From Hyphochytrium catenoides (taxonomy: Eukaryota; Protista; Hyphochytriomycota), in NCBI GenBank assembly GCA_900088475.1, contig FLMG01002522.1:62001-126000 (forward strand): 64,000 bases of DNA, in the 5' to 3' direction. Shown here piece by piece: positions 24,401-37,100 of this stretch; position 1 is the stretch's first letter, and each line of letters starts with the position of its first letter. Both the position numbers and the translations under genes were made by a program. The notes below the pieces were generated by a model. It did not search any database and had not been told where the DNA came from. It was given only the letters and a program-made list of their open reading frames with translations.

Positions 24401-27186
24401 GACTCCGCTAACATCACAGCGAGAATGGAAGAATAATGAGCAGGCAAAATAGGGCTGAAGTGATATGATGTGTAGTCAGCGGCAGGTGAGCTCATGGCTG
24501 CCTAAAAGAATAGGTTTATGAAGGATAAACAAAGTGTAAGAGGCTGTACCGGTTTGAGTCGCAGCTAATGGGGCCTCCTCCTGCATGGATACGGCTGGAG
24601 GCAAGAGATGGCCTCCATAATGCTTGAAGAGTTTTCTCTGCAGCACGTGCGTCAGAGTTCAAACTCTAGTCCTCTCCTGTCGTATCTTGCGATTGCTCTA
24701 TCAACTACGGCGGCAGTACTCAAAGCTCAAAGTGGCAATTATTTTCGTCTATTCTTCCCTTTCGGCGTCTTGACTACGTTGAAGCCCAAGTCCGTCCCCA
24801 ATTATGTCACTATTTGATGCAAGTATCGCGCGGACTCTTACCTCTGCAGCGATGCAGCTCTCAATATTCCAAGAGATTGCAGCTACCCAGCTCTCGGCTT
24901 CCTGTCGTGACTCACAAAGAAGTGAGCCCCGTTGAGTAGGAGTTTGGATTGTGAAAATTCTGCTCTTGTCTATTTGTACAGGCTGGCTGCCTTCAGTTGG
25001 GCAATGCTCTGCCTCTGTAAGCAAGAAGAGGTAGGGGAGAGGCACAATCGGTAAGAGGAAGCGGACAAAAAGGAAAGGAATGAGAAACCGCGGCATTCAA
25101 GTGAGAAGTTGCCAAAGTACCAGGAAAGCCATCACCGCTTGGAGACAGCGCCTGCTATGGCACAATAAGAAGGAGCTACACATGCTGACCTTTGGCTATT
25201 TCGTCCTCTTCGTCGCCTGCTTCTACGTCATCTCCCTTATGGCCCCTGCTAGGCGCTTCTGGACCTCTCCTCTCGCCCTCCTTAATCTGTGTTTTCAAGT
25301 CCTGGATAACTTCCTCGGAGCGCCCGAGCAGAGTGATGCTATGCGGCAGCAGGATAGTCGCTCTTGGCTCCGAATCTGAGGGCCTACGTTCGACACAATT
25401 AGCATTGACACAGGCAGCCAAAGAGGAAACAAGTTCTCCATGGAAGGCATAGAGTTTGTGGTGGTGCTTGTTACCATAAGCGTAGCGGAAGCAACACCCA
25501 AGGGAAGAAGAGCCACGTAAGTTTAGGTATGACTGAGCTGAGAGGAAACGAATGGCGACTGCGATTGAGAGAAAGGTTATAATCAGACCTCTTATAGATG
25601 AGTAGTCTGGTGCTTTCTAGCACGAGATACGCCCTCCTCCAGGACTTGACAATGGAGCCTGTGCGCCATAAAAGGCACAGCAGCTTGTGAGATGACAACC
25701 AAGGGCAAAGGGCACGAAGTAAAGTACGTGACGGCACACAAGAGATGAGATATATGGAGCCACAGACCTTGGTGCCTCTGGACCCAGCCTTCCTTTCTCA
25801 CGAATGCATTATCGAGGTTATCCATAGCCTCTCTCTGTTCCATAACAAAAAATGAGAGACTCAAGGAAAGAGTAGAGGACGCAAGAAATTACGGAGAATA
25901 GAACGCCACAGTACACCAGAGACCACAACTGAAAGGGATAAGCAGGGAATGGGTTGAAAATCTAACCCATTAACAGTGCCAGCAATGAGCGCCGACGCTC
26001 GAGTGTGCCGTAGCTGATTACCTGTGGAGGCGTCTGACTCCAGTCCTGAAGGCAACCGTCCTGTTTTTGAATAGCTTCGAGACAGAGTCGTATACCCAGG
26101 ACCCAATGCATGACCTCCTGCCAACTAGGAACAGGCGGTTAGGCTTTCCAATTGGCAGTGATACCAGTTGCAAAATGAGGAAGGATGCTTGAAGAGGAGA
26201 TGAGCCAAGCAGGAAAACAGTTTCTTGAACTGAATCGCCTCACGATAGCGGCAAGAGTCCATAGGGGATAATAGTCACATGAAGGAGGAGGTAAAAGCAG
26301 AGGTATTGGGTGTAAGATGAGAGGCAAGGGGAGAACTGAAGTAGATTGATAGCCAGGGAACAAAGTCTATGTATCTACAATAGACAGCAGCTCCATTCTT
26401 CGCATTCGTTGAAACGCAGAGAAGAACTGACAGGAAAGGAAAGAGAGAGGAACGGGATCGAGAAGAGCTAAAGGTTGACAGGTATCTTTTGAGGAGGAGT
26501 CAGCAAAGGGAATTGACCTATAGATGGGGCAAAGAGATGAACGGGAAACCTCGGATTATGAGTACTAAGAAGATCTTTGTTCTGACAGGAGGCAGGACCC
26601 CTTCAAGTTGGAGCGAGAAGGAAGGCACTAATAAGGAGGGAAAGGAATAAGAGCTCGACCTGGGAGCTTTGAAGACGAAGGAGCGCTTCTTGGTGGTTAC
26701 TTCAAATTGAGCCTTATCCCCCAATGCGCCGGGAGTAGCGGCAATGACATCTTTAAGACTGACTGATCCGCGTGGCAAGCTTTCTCCAGGCTTAAAGTAT
26801 AAGATCTGCGTCGCTGTCAGGACAAGCAGTCGATCCTTCCAGTCTGGCGACTTGCGACCCTACGAAGCATGTAAATAATAAACCCCGACGTAACAGACGC
26901 CGAAGTCAGTGAGCCACGAATGTTTGAGAGAGTGAAGGCCTAGACGCGAAAGATAGGTGCAATGAGCAGCATCAAGCGAGGGCTCTGCGGTTCACGGCCG
27001 CTGCACCTATTGAAGGCCCATTGAAGAGAAGAAAGAGTCTAGACAGCACGAGCCGATGGTATGGTCCTGGTAAGAAGTAGCAGGAATGTGGTATGCAGAC
27101 ACCTTCTTCTTTAGCCCTCCTTTCTTGATGGGTCTTTCAGGCACAGGTACAGAATGACAGCGCGACGCGACTGACTGTTGGTCCAT
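18499..27186 (-). CDS. Multi-domain protein: PH-PH-inositol polyphosphate 5-phosphatase-three cyclic-nucleotide-binding (cNMP) domains
   Basis: PH1: IKKGGLKKK/GRKSPDWKDRLLVLT..FEVTTKKRSFVFKAP. PH2: RKEGWVQR..WRRAYLVL..ESRQEAESWVAAI. 5-phosphatase: IFVATWNM, FGVQEC, NKGAVSL, FVTCHLAA, FGDLNYRL, ITFPPTF, RTPSYTDRILW, SDHAPV. cNMP: FVILSGRV..HFGESSL; VFREGE..GEYIGEHSL; GEGIGELALIDRKPRTATVVA. Domain junctions join in frame through GT-AG introns. Confidence 0.9.
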
Positions 27187-27849
27187 ATTAGAAGTCCTGA
27201 TCAGACCAGCGTGCCTTCTGTTGTTGACTAAGATCAGCCAACGAGAATCAGTCGAGGCTAAGAGTAAGGGGCTTGTGCACTGAGCTCCATAGACTCGGTC
27301 GATACGGTTTGGAGCCGATAGGAGCTACTGAGGGACCATGAAGATAGGGTTAGCAGTATTCGCCCGCGCAATAGAGCTGGTCATGCAGTGCCACCTGCCA
27401 CTGTCTGCTTTCCTTTCTCCCTTTCGCTTAGTCCCTTGTGTCTTCCGCCTTCATTGAGCTCTCCTTGTCTCCGCTTCTTTCTCTCTCTCTCTTTCCCTGG
27501 CTCTTCCATACGCTTTTGCCCTGTGATCCAGCTGCTCTGTCCGCTCCCGCAGTGCATTTGCCTGACACACCTTTTCTCTCTTCGATGCCCGCCGAGCCGC
27601 CGTTCGGCTGCTCCTCTCGCGCATCCTCTCTCCTCTCCTCTCACGGAGGAGTTGACCTACCTCAGGTCATGGCCTTTCACACATCACCAATCCGTCAAAT
27701 CGAACGTCTACGAATTCAAGTGAGAGCCTTGCGATAATAAATGTACGCGCTGAAACTGCAAAAGGTGAAATTGTGATAACGGGTAACGGCGATATACGAG
27801 GAAGAATCTTCTGCGATCAGAAGCAAGAGAGCAAAAGACAGAGCGAGAG

Positions 27850-27898
27850 GTGAAGAGAGAGAAAGTGAGAGAGAGAAAGAGGAAGGAGAGAGGGAAAA

Positions 27899-27930
<32 letters not shown>

Positions 27931-28035
27931 GAAAGAGAAAAGAAAGAGAAAGAGAGAGAGAGAGGAAAGAGGAAGAAGAGGGAGAGAGAGAAAAAGAGAG
28001 AGAGAGAGAGAAACAAAGAAGAGAGACACAGGGAG
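27850..28035. repeat. Almost pure purine (GA)n-rich tract between divergent genes
   Basis: About 185 bp of GA/GAAA repeats. It explains the spurious ER-rich and SL-rich ORFs in the track. Confidence 0.9.
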
Positions 28036-28293
28036 AAAAGAACAACAGACACTTGACAACAGAGAGGCGAGGGACCAAAGGCGACAGATAAAAAGTTCTA
28101 GGATCCAGATAGGATATTGCCATGCCGCTCTCGGGACTCGTCTGGGCTGGAGACCTAGAGCCACGGCCAGAGTCTGAGTGATCGTCGTACAGTAAGAAGC
28201 AGAAGAGAAAGAGAATGGCCTGACGTTCGAGAGGAAGCGGCCCTGCAGACAATCAGGACGCAGCGGACCAAAGTCTAGATCTTCACGGTGCGG

Positions 28294-30579
28294 ATGTCCC
28301 AGGAGAGAGCAGCGAACCCACCGGGGAGACCGGCCCTGCTACGTCGAGGGGCACCTGGAAACTCTCCGCACGTGCGCTTCACGATACTGACGAACCAAGC
28401 TCCCGGAATGGGTAGGGAAAGCAGCTATGCGGCCTTGAGAACGAGGGGTCTAAACCTTATCTCGGTCACTCTGCCATACCTTTTGACGGGAGCTCTATAC
28501 CAGATGGAGCCGTATCGATATGACTTTCATGAAGGTAAGACAGCGTTCGCGCTGCATGGGAAAGGATGACCGAAGAGATATCGAACCTGCGTCAATGCTA
28601 GTCTCCCGCTTCGTACTTTTCCTAGCTCTCTTCTTCTTGCCTCGACTGCATAGAGGTCGGCTAACGGTGCCTACCTTCTTTCTGGTGCTTTTGCGCTTGC
28701 TATGTACAGGAGACCCCGCTCTTTCTCGCCCCTATCTCCGTGAGACAGTGAGCACAGGCCAGCTCTTTCTCCTCTCCATTGGTGTTCCCTCTGTTCTCAT
28801 GGCTGTGCTGCAGCTAATCAATAGCCGGTTGGCTTGGAACGGATCCCGAAACACGAAGCTACTGGTGAGCTGACTATGAGTGCTAAGAGAGTTGCGCCTA
28901 TAGCTGTGTGGCTCTGTTTCTCCAAGAGAAAACTCAGCCATCTCTTACCTGTTACGATTTCTCTTGGAATGAGCACTTCAAGATGTAATTATCGGCTCTG
29001 CTTGGGAGGAGCATTGCTTGGACCCAGCCACTGCTTTTTCCCATTCTTCCTAGTCTTCATATAACGCCGTCCTTAGGCTTATCTACCTCTCAGAGCATGC
29101 TCCTGGGTTATCTTATTGCTTGGTGTGGTTCGTCACTTTCGTTTCCTTACCTTCTACCCTTGGTACTCACCGCTCCCTCCATTCTAGACCGACATCATGT
29201 CGTGGCAGTTGGCCTTACTGCAGGCGACAGGCATCACCGTCTGCCTCACGCAGGTGTTGAAGGTGACTAACGGCAGGCCGCGACCCAACTTCTTTGCATT
29301 CTGCATGTCAGTAGCCACTCCTGTCAGCTTCCTTTGTCTTCGTGCTCCTCTTCCACTGCAGCCTCTAGTACTGCGCCGTTTGGCCGGGTCGCATCCTTAA
29401 TTCTGCACGCTCTTCTGAATCTGCCCGCTCCCCTGTGGCTTTAGTCTGTTGTTTGGTCTCCACTGTGCTGTGAATGACTTTGTTTTATGGGATTCCAGGT
29501 ACAGCCCACCGGGACCGCCGGAGTTAGGAAGGAGGGGCTCATATGAGTATTGCACTGCCACGGTAAGACGGCAGTAGACCTATGCGTTGCGACGAGTGCG
29601 GCGCCCTTGCTTATTCTGCCGTGGGCCTTCAGCGGTTGCCATTGAATGAGTTTCCTTTTGTAGACACTGTAAAGTGCTGCATACCCTTGTTGTTTCCTCA
29701 TCCTATCGATATCCCTGTTAACTGTTTTCTTGGCTCCTGATTGTTTTGTCCCTTTCATCGGCCCTATTTCTCATTGCCTTGTCAAATACATGGCCTGTGT
29801 GGTCTTATGCATAGACGCGAATGATCTGGGAAGCTCATTCAAGCTTCCCGTCGGGCCATAGCTCGCTGAGTTTTGCCGGAATGTCCGTCCTGTCGGGCTT
29901 CTTCCTCTCCCTGGCCTCCTCGCAAAAGGCACACGCGGTAAGATAAGCGATACTATCGGGTGAATACAATGCCTTCAAGTGCGAATCTTTCTATTGGGTT
30001 GTTTCTTTGAATGCCTAAACCAAATCTGGTGCATATTACCTAGCCTACTCATTTACTAGTCGATTGAAAAGCTGGCTGCTAGTATTGAGACCTAGGGACT
30101 GTCTCCTGCATCTAGCATTTGACTCCTACCATCATTTCTGTCTCGTGAGCGTCGGAAGAGACGAAGATTCTCTAACCGTAGCTGCCTGCTGTCCCTTCAG
30201 GCGGTCAGTCTCTTTCTGTTTCTCGGACCTCTAGTCGTGGCTAGTCTTGTGGCCAGCTCGCGAGCCCGCGACTATTATCACAACTTTGATGACATTCTAG
30301 CAGGTAAGATGCCGCAACGTAATCGGCGCTGCGTAACCCCTTCACTGAAGCACGTTATCATTGGGAGACAAAGTGAGGCCCAGAGTGACTAACTCCTACT
30401 TCACAGGCTCCTGCATTGGCCTAGGCATTGCGTGGCTGGTGCTTTGGATACAATTCCGGCTACCAGAGAAAGAGAAGCTTTCAAAGATGAAGCAGACATC
30501 GCCTCTTCCCGACGTCGACGATAGCGAGGATGACGTCAGCACTCCTCTCAGACCAGTGCTACGGGAGGACGAGGTGTAA
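28294..30579 (+). CDS. PAP2-family lipid phosphate phosphatase (DPP1/PLPP4-5-like)
   Basis: Spliced motifs: DPALSRPYLRETVS, C1 KVTNGRPRPNFFAFC, C2 SFPSGHSS, C3 SRARDYYHNFDDILAG, with several TM segments. Confidence 0.93.
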
Positions 30580-31134
30580 CCCAATACCCTCCTCTACAAA
30601 CATGGTATCTTCCTCCACTCCGCGTCCCAACCGGACGGCCGCCGGTATCAGAGCCTGCTAGGTGACTGGCGGAGCACGTCAAAGGACCTCACGAGACAGA
30701 CTGCAATAGCCCAAGAAGTTGGAACTGTGGGAGCATTGGACCTGATTCGTTATCTCTGTCTTACAGTGACAGCCGACATGTAGCGCATTTTATGGCCCCT
30801 GAGTGGACTGAGCGATAGGAGATGAACAGTTATGTCTGCGCAGAAAGGAAGTACAGAAGGGAGCGATGAATAGCCTGCTCAGGGAATCTAGAAGCTGGAG
30901 GAGGACAGGAATGGATGACTTCTTCCTGACGTCCAAAGGACCTCCAGTCATTGAAGAAGGGGTTTTTGTGTGCTTAGTGGAAGGCTTAAGAAGGCAAATA
31001 GAAGAGAGAGACTGTGATGCCAGGGATACCTTAACTCAGTCGTCGCTGAGGACAAGGAGCGTAAAAAGGGGAGAGAGGGAAGGAGAATGTTGGGACAAGG
31101 GGCAAACGACGATGCGATGTGTTTGTACAGTTAA

Positions 31135-34100
31135 TCATGGATGGCTTGGCAATGCAGACCCTTTTAGCTGCGCCTTCACAGTGTGTTTGGCCTTGTCCTT
31201 GATATATTGCCGGTCCATTACTGCCTCAGAGCTCGAAGGACTGCTGGGAAGAGCTGCAAATAGATGAAATCCATAAGTGCCCCAGCCGAACTGAGAGAGC
31301 TCAAAAAGGAGTGGGAAAGACGAGAAGTGAGAACAGGCGGAGAAGGAGACGCTCTCCTTAGGTGAAGGTCTGCTGAGCTGGGCTGGACATACATTGATGA
31401 CAGAGTGTGGCAAGACACCCCTCGGGGAAACAAGGTAATAGACGTTAGGGGAAGGAGTTTCTGGCGTTCACCTTCACATTCCTCATCATCTGGCACCCGA
31501 ACATCTTCGTCCAAGTCCTCCGTGACCCGGGTAACTAGTTTCTGCGGCAGTCTGGTGCGAAAGACGTTGGTCACTTGGGAAGCCATGTCCTTGCCATTCT
31601 GGATTATCGCGGTTGGGAGGGAACCGCAGCAAGCCGGGAGGAACGAAAGGAACGAAGGGGAAGAGAGCGGGATATCGTTAGGGAAGGAGTGAGAACAAAG
31701 GCAATGGGAAGTAGAGTGATAGGAGGACATCCTGAAGGCAGACAGGAAGAGACCTTCCGCCTTAAGTGCACGTTAGAACGTTCTCTCTCTCTGTGTCTGT
31801 AAATCTCTCTCTCTCTCTCTCTCTCTCTGAGAGTTTACCTCGGTAGCCGTAGGCCCAGTCTTGGGCATCTGAATCGAGTTCCGAGGGAAAAGGTCTCCTT
31901 CCGCCTGTGCAGCTACTTTTCTCTTTTCTCTCTCCTCCGCTAGCGCCGCAACATACTTATCGACCTGTTCTAGAAGCTCCACTGCGCCGCAGTCCGGATC
32001 AACCTTTAGAAGATCAGTAAACAATGTGAGAAGAACACCGAGCACTAACAAGCACAAGACGAGTGAGAATGCGGCAAGAAGGCGCAACGCGGAAGGGGAG
32101 AAGATGCTTCAGACAAAGAGAGAGGACAGACAAATGAAAGCTCGGATAGTTTGAAGGAAAATGTTGCCCACAGCCAAAGCCTTAAGCAAGACAGGGAGAT
32201 GCAAGAGAGCCATAGGAAGATGAAAAGAAAGATGTAGAGCCACCCAGCCTTATTACCGCCAGCCCGATCTTGTCAACTATATGCTTGATGCCTGCCAACA
32301 CTGACTGGAGAAGCAGCTCGGCGCTCTCTGCCTTCTGACAAGCCCGGCGCAGCCTCCATCAACACAGGGCACCGACGATGAACAGGAGAGAGTTAGAAGA
32401 GGTGGGTGCATGAAGGTCAGACATTATCTGCAGATGCCTTTCTCTAACTTCCAAATTTTTATGTCTGCTTGCTCTCTTACCTCGTCTGCGCATCAGCCAG
32501 ATTCAGATCCTTGTCCCGGACGTCTTTGGAGGACGAAGAGGTTGATTGGACAGAGATCGCTCCGTACTTGAGTTCTTCGAACTCCAAATCAACCTTCCTC
32601 AGCTTCTCCTTTAGCTCATGGAGACGCTTCTCTCCTGTTGCTCGGAGCTCATTCAGATTCTGTTCCATCGTCTCCCTGCAATTGAGAGGAAATAGCGGTC
32701 ACATATGGAGACAGATTGACCCCGGGGCGAGAGAGAAAAAAGAAAGCAGAAATTGCTGGCTTGGTGTCAGGGCTCCAGGGACTGATAATAGACTTGGCAC
32801 TTGTATGTTAAGAGGGAAGGAAGGAGCTCTATTTCTTTCTTCTTTCTCTCTCTTCTCCTCCCCTCTATCTCTCCATCCTTCCGCCTTCTCTCTCTCTTTT
32901 TCTACTCCCATCCGCTGTCTAACGCTCACCTGTTGATACATTTCTCAAGAAACACGTCTGGGTTGCTGACTCCTGTTCGCTGATTGATCTTTGACCACAT
33001 CTCCTCCCAGTCATCGAGTTGGTTTATTGCAGTAGATGCTCTCTGTTTCTTTGCCACCACCTTCACTAGCGCCACGGCGTCGCGCGCCAGAAGCTTCCTT
33101 TCTGCCTCCTTTCCTAGATCTCCGGCTAGTTCTTTCTCATCAGAGATCCTCTTCAGATGTCTCTCTTTGGTCATTATGTTCTCTTGCTCAAATCGCTAGA
33201 ATGTGCAGACGAGGAGACAAGGTTAGGGTCAGCAGAGCGAAGACCATGGGACTCCTCAGGTGGCTAGGATGAAGAGATGCGTCATAGAAGAGAGATTCCG
33301 AGTAAGAGAATGAGACGAAAGAGAGCGATAGAAAGTTAGGTCAAAGGAGGAGAGAATATGAGACCATAACAGAGAGCACTTTCTATACGTTGCGATACTG
33401 GAAGACTAAGAGACATGGGATGAGATACTTAGGATGGCAACGTCACGCTGCAGACCTAGGTAGCTGAAATGTGCCGACACAGAGGAGAAGGAAGAGAGCG
33501 ACGGAGAAGGAGACACCACTGGAAAGACAGAAGCAGAGACTTGGTGAAGGAGGAGCCATCTCCTCTAGAAGGGACCACAAGGAAGAAACTTCTTGTCAAC
33601 TCCAATGCTGAGAAAGAGATATCAGGTTTCTGCAGAAGCTCACCTTCTTCTGCCGCTCGAGAGCTTGCAACATGTTAGCATACATCTTCTCTGAGTCTGA
33701 GATCGTCGCCAGCAGCTTGGACGTGTCTTTGGCAAGTCCCTTTATCTCGTATCTGCAGTCTCTCAGACGCTTTAGCAGATTTTCGTGGACCTCTCTGTCT
33801 GCATGGAGCTGGGCCTCCAGAGTCGAGATGACCGCGTCTGACTTTGCAGGATGCTTGTGACATATCGAGAGGAGACACCGAAAGTTCTGAGTAAGCTGTT
33901 CTAGTTCTCCCTGCTCTCGTAGATAGTCCTTCTCTTGTGCTTGAAGGGCCTCAAACAGTTTGCCCTGCTTGGACTGCAGCGACATCAGAAAGGTAAATAG
34001 GGATAGATACTAAGACTGGCTTAACAGACAGGCGCGGGCGAGAAAGCTGGTTGTGCTAGGAATATATGCAGGTACGAAGGCCACCTGAGAAGGAGGCGTG

Positions 34101-37100
34101 CGGCGAGATCTGTGGTTCAAGGATACTGGCGGAGAACCACAGGCAAAGGAGGTTCAAGGGGAGAAGCATCGAAAAGATGTAGAGGACTCTGCATCATGCT
34201 TTACCGGGCATAGTATGCTTTAGGCGGCATGGTAAGCAGTAAGCGCGTGAGTCAGAGCAAGATGGTCTGACGCTTACCAGGGTGTTTGAGATGATGGCGA
34301 GCAAACCTTTCTCTCGTTGTAGCGCTTCTTCTCTTTGTTCTAGGGTGACCCTTTCCTGCACAGTGGCGTCCAGATCCGCTCTCAGCGCTTGGATGCTTGC
34401 CATCAACTGCTCTTTCTTTTTCTTCAGCGTGCAATCAATAATGACATCCAACTGAACATCGTTGGGAGCAGGAACAGGCTTATTCCAAGCAAGAGGGTCA
34501 GGTGCGGAGGGCGGGTCAGAGTCAATATTGATTCTTAGAGAATAGGTAAGTGGAAAGAAAGCGATGAAGATAGTCCGATGAATAAAGACACAATTGTTCA
34601 AAGACCAGGAGGAGCCCGTTTCCAGTACAAAGGCGAGATGAGACGACGTGCGCTTTGGCGAGGAAGCACGAGGAAGAGTAGTGAAGAGATATTAAGGAGC
34701 AATGGATACATTAGTAAGAGCAGCATCCAACGACAGAAGGAAATATAAGGGAAGGTGAAAATCAAAGACAGAGAACACTGCGCAGTGTTGACATGGGAGA
34801 CAGATAGGGGAATCCTCTGCGGGCCCGGTGTGCCGCCTTACCTTGGCGGTGGACTGGAAGATGGATTGTCGCTTTGGTTGCTGTCGTGGCGAAGGAGGAC
34901 TGGGTAGACCATCGCCATTCAGCTCCGTGGGTCCTGCGGCGGTTGAAGGACATGAGACAGTCTTTGGCGCTTCTTTCTCGGAGATGTCCCCGACACTCCC
35001 TTCTCGGTTTCCAGAGCGTTTGGTCCCAACCGCATCTCTCTTCTCTTTGGCGGGATGCAATAGCTCCGTTTTGGCCTGTGATACATCTCCCAGCGCCTCC
35101 ATCTCCTCACTAGCTTTATGGGCCCTCTCTGTGGCTGTCTTGTCTTTTAGCTGTTCTCCTCCCTTTCCAACTGCGGCCACTGTCTTTTGGACCTCTTCCC
35201 CATGTCGTGCGACGCCGTTAGAGCCTGCGCTAGAGAGACAGACTCTGACAGTGAGCGAGGATGCCCGGAAGTGAGACATTTGCCCTTGCCTCTCTCTTGG
35301 TTCTCTTTCTCCCGCTCCATCCTTCTCTCCTGCGGCGCCAGAACTATTGCCGGCAGAGCCAGGAAGAGGGAGACTCTGATCCTGCGCCTCCTTCTTCCTC
35401 TTCACACCATCAAAGTACCTTGGGCCGCAGTTGGCAAGCGCAACGAGAGGAAAATGGATCCACATCCATCTCTTATAGAAGTAAGTGGTGCATGAAGAAG
35501 GAGAAGACTCGTAGGATGACTCTTTCGCTCCTTCCGCGCTATGTAGAGAGGAAGAGCCAAACAAATGGCAAAGATGAGAAGGAACACATAGTAAACTCCT
35601 TCCTTCTTCATCTGTTGACAGATAAGGAACTCCAATGCTGGCCAGGTCCTCTGTGGTCACCTCAGGATGTCCAAAGCTGGGAACGTCAGCATGAACCTCA
35701 AGGCCGCTGGTACCGAACTCTAAGAGGAAATCCGCAATCTGGCAAGAATGTCAAAAGGAAGAGATAATGAGCGATCTATTAGGTTGAAACCCACGGGTCT
35801 CCTGATGGAAGGTAGGACACCAGTCAAAAAGTAGAAAGCAAGGACAAAGATTAAGAAGGACAGCGATTAGTGCAGGGTAGACTAACGGAAAGGAGGCAAC
35901 CAGAGGGTGGCGGAGAGAGAAGAAATTGAGACAGACTGAGGATTTTGAGGAGGAGAGAGGCGCACAAGTGGGCATTCGCATCTAACCTTCAGCACCACGT
36001 TGGCTACTGTCTCGTCCTTATCAGGTCCCGTCTGCTGAGACGCGAACTCCTCAAGGGATCGGCTGTATAGCTCTACCAGGTCCGTAGGTCCAGCTGGAGG
36101 AAGTCTATTCCTGAGCATATCAGTCTTCGAAATGCTAGGGTTTCCTTTCCGTAGACCCGTAGTGGAGAGACTTCCACTGAGAGATAGAGGTGGAAGAGCT
36201 GAGGGCAGCGTAGAGGAAGAGGAAGACGAGGGAAGCCCGACGAGGGAGAGCCAGAGCTTCATGAACTCATCCTTGTGCTTTGGCGTCCACCACAGCTCAA
36301 AGAGCTCCACCTTTGAGAGTGTGTCTTTCAATTCTCCCCAGGCGCCTGAGCGAGACAAGTTGAGGAAGAGAACAGGTGGACAACTCAGCATGTGTGGCAT
36401 AGAGAGATACCTCTGGCATTCTAGAAGGTCTAAAGAAGTAAGCCACTAAGACGGAAGAGAAACTTGGACCGAAGGTTAGAGGTGTGGCAGAGAGATAGAA
36501 AGGATAGCGAGGGAGAGGGAGGAGAGATCTGCGCAATGCTCATCTCCAGCTACCTGAGATCCTCAAGTGATAAGGGAGCTCAGCGAGCTTTCGATCGCAA
36601 GGAGGGAGCTGTGTAAAGTACTTGGCCAGCTGAAGGCAAGGCGAGAGACAGAAATGAGAGAGTGACGGTAAGTTAAATTCTAGTGACACGGAGAAGCATC
36701 AGCAACCCTTGCTCTGATGCACCAAGACTATGCTTTTCACAGACGGCACGAAAGGCGGAAGCAGGAGGAAGTGCTTAGCGTAGCTCTCTCACCAGTCCGT
36801 GAAGCTGCACGCAGGCCTCGGGTCTCTGAATGTATCTTCTCCATACCGCCTCTTTAATCACCTCGTGAGAGAAGCTTCGGAGCCCTTTAACGCTGTACGT
36901 GTTGTCCTATCGCAGGAGGAAGAGGTTAAGGCCTTAACAGACGTCCTTCTCAGGCATAAAGAGTGGAGAGCCAACACATGGCAACAGGGCGATGAAGAGA
37001 AGACATATCACCTAGAACAGAAGGTAGAAGAAGACCAAGAAAGGCCGAGCAAGTACAATGCACTCACGCGAGCTAGAACAGTGACATGAGACAGGAAGAG

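Noticed and set aside
27381-28252. ER-rich and SL-rich ORFs (also 53104-53295, 56389-56880, 60763-61546)
   Set aside because: They are translations of GA/CT microsatellites, which lack stop codons.
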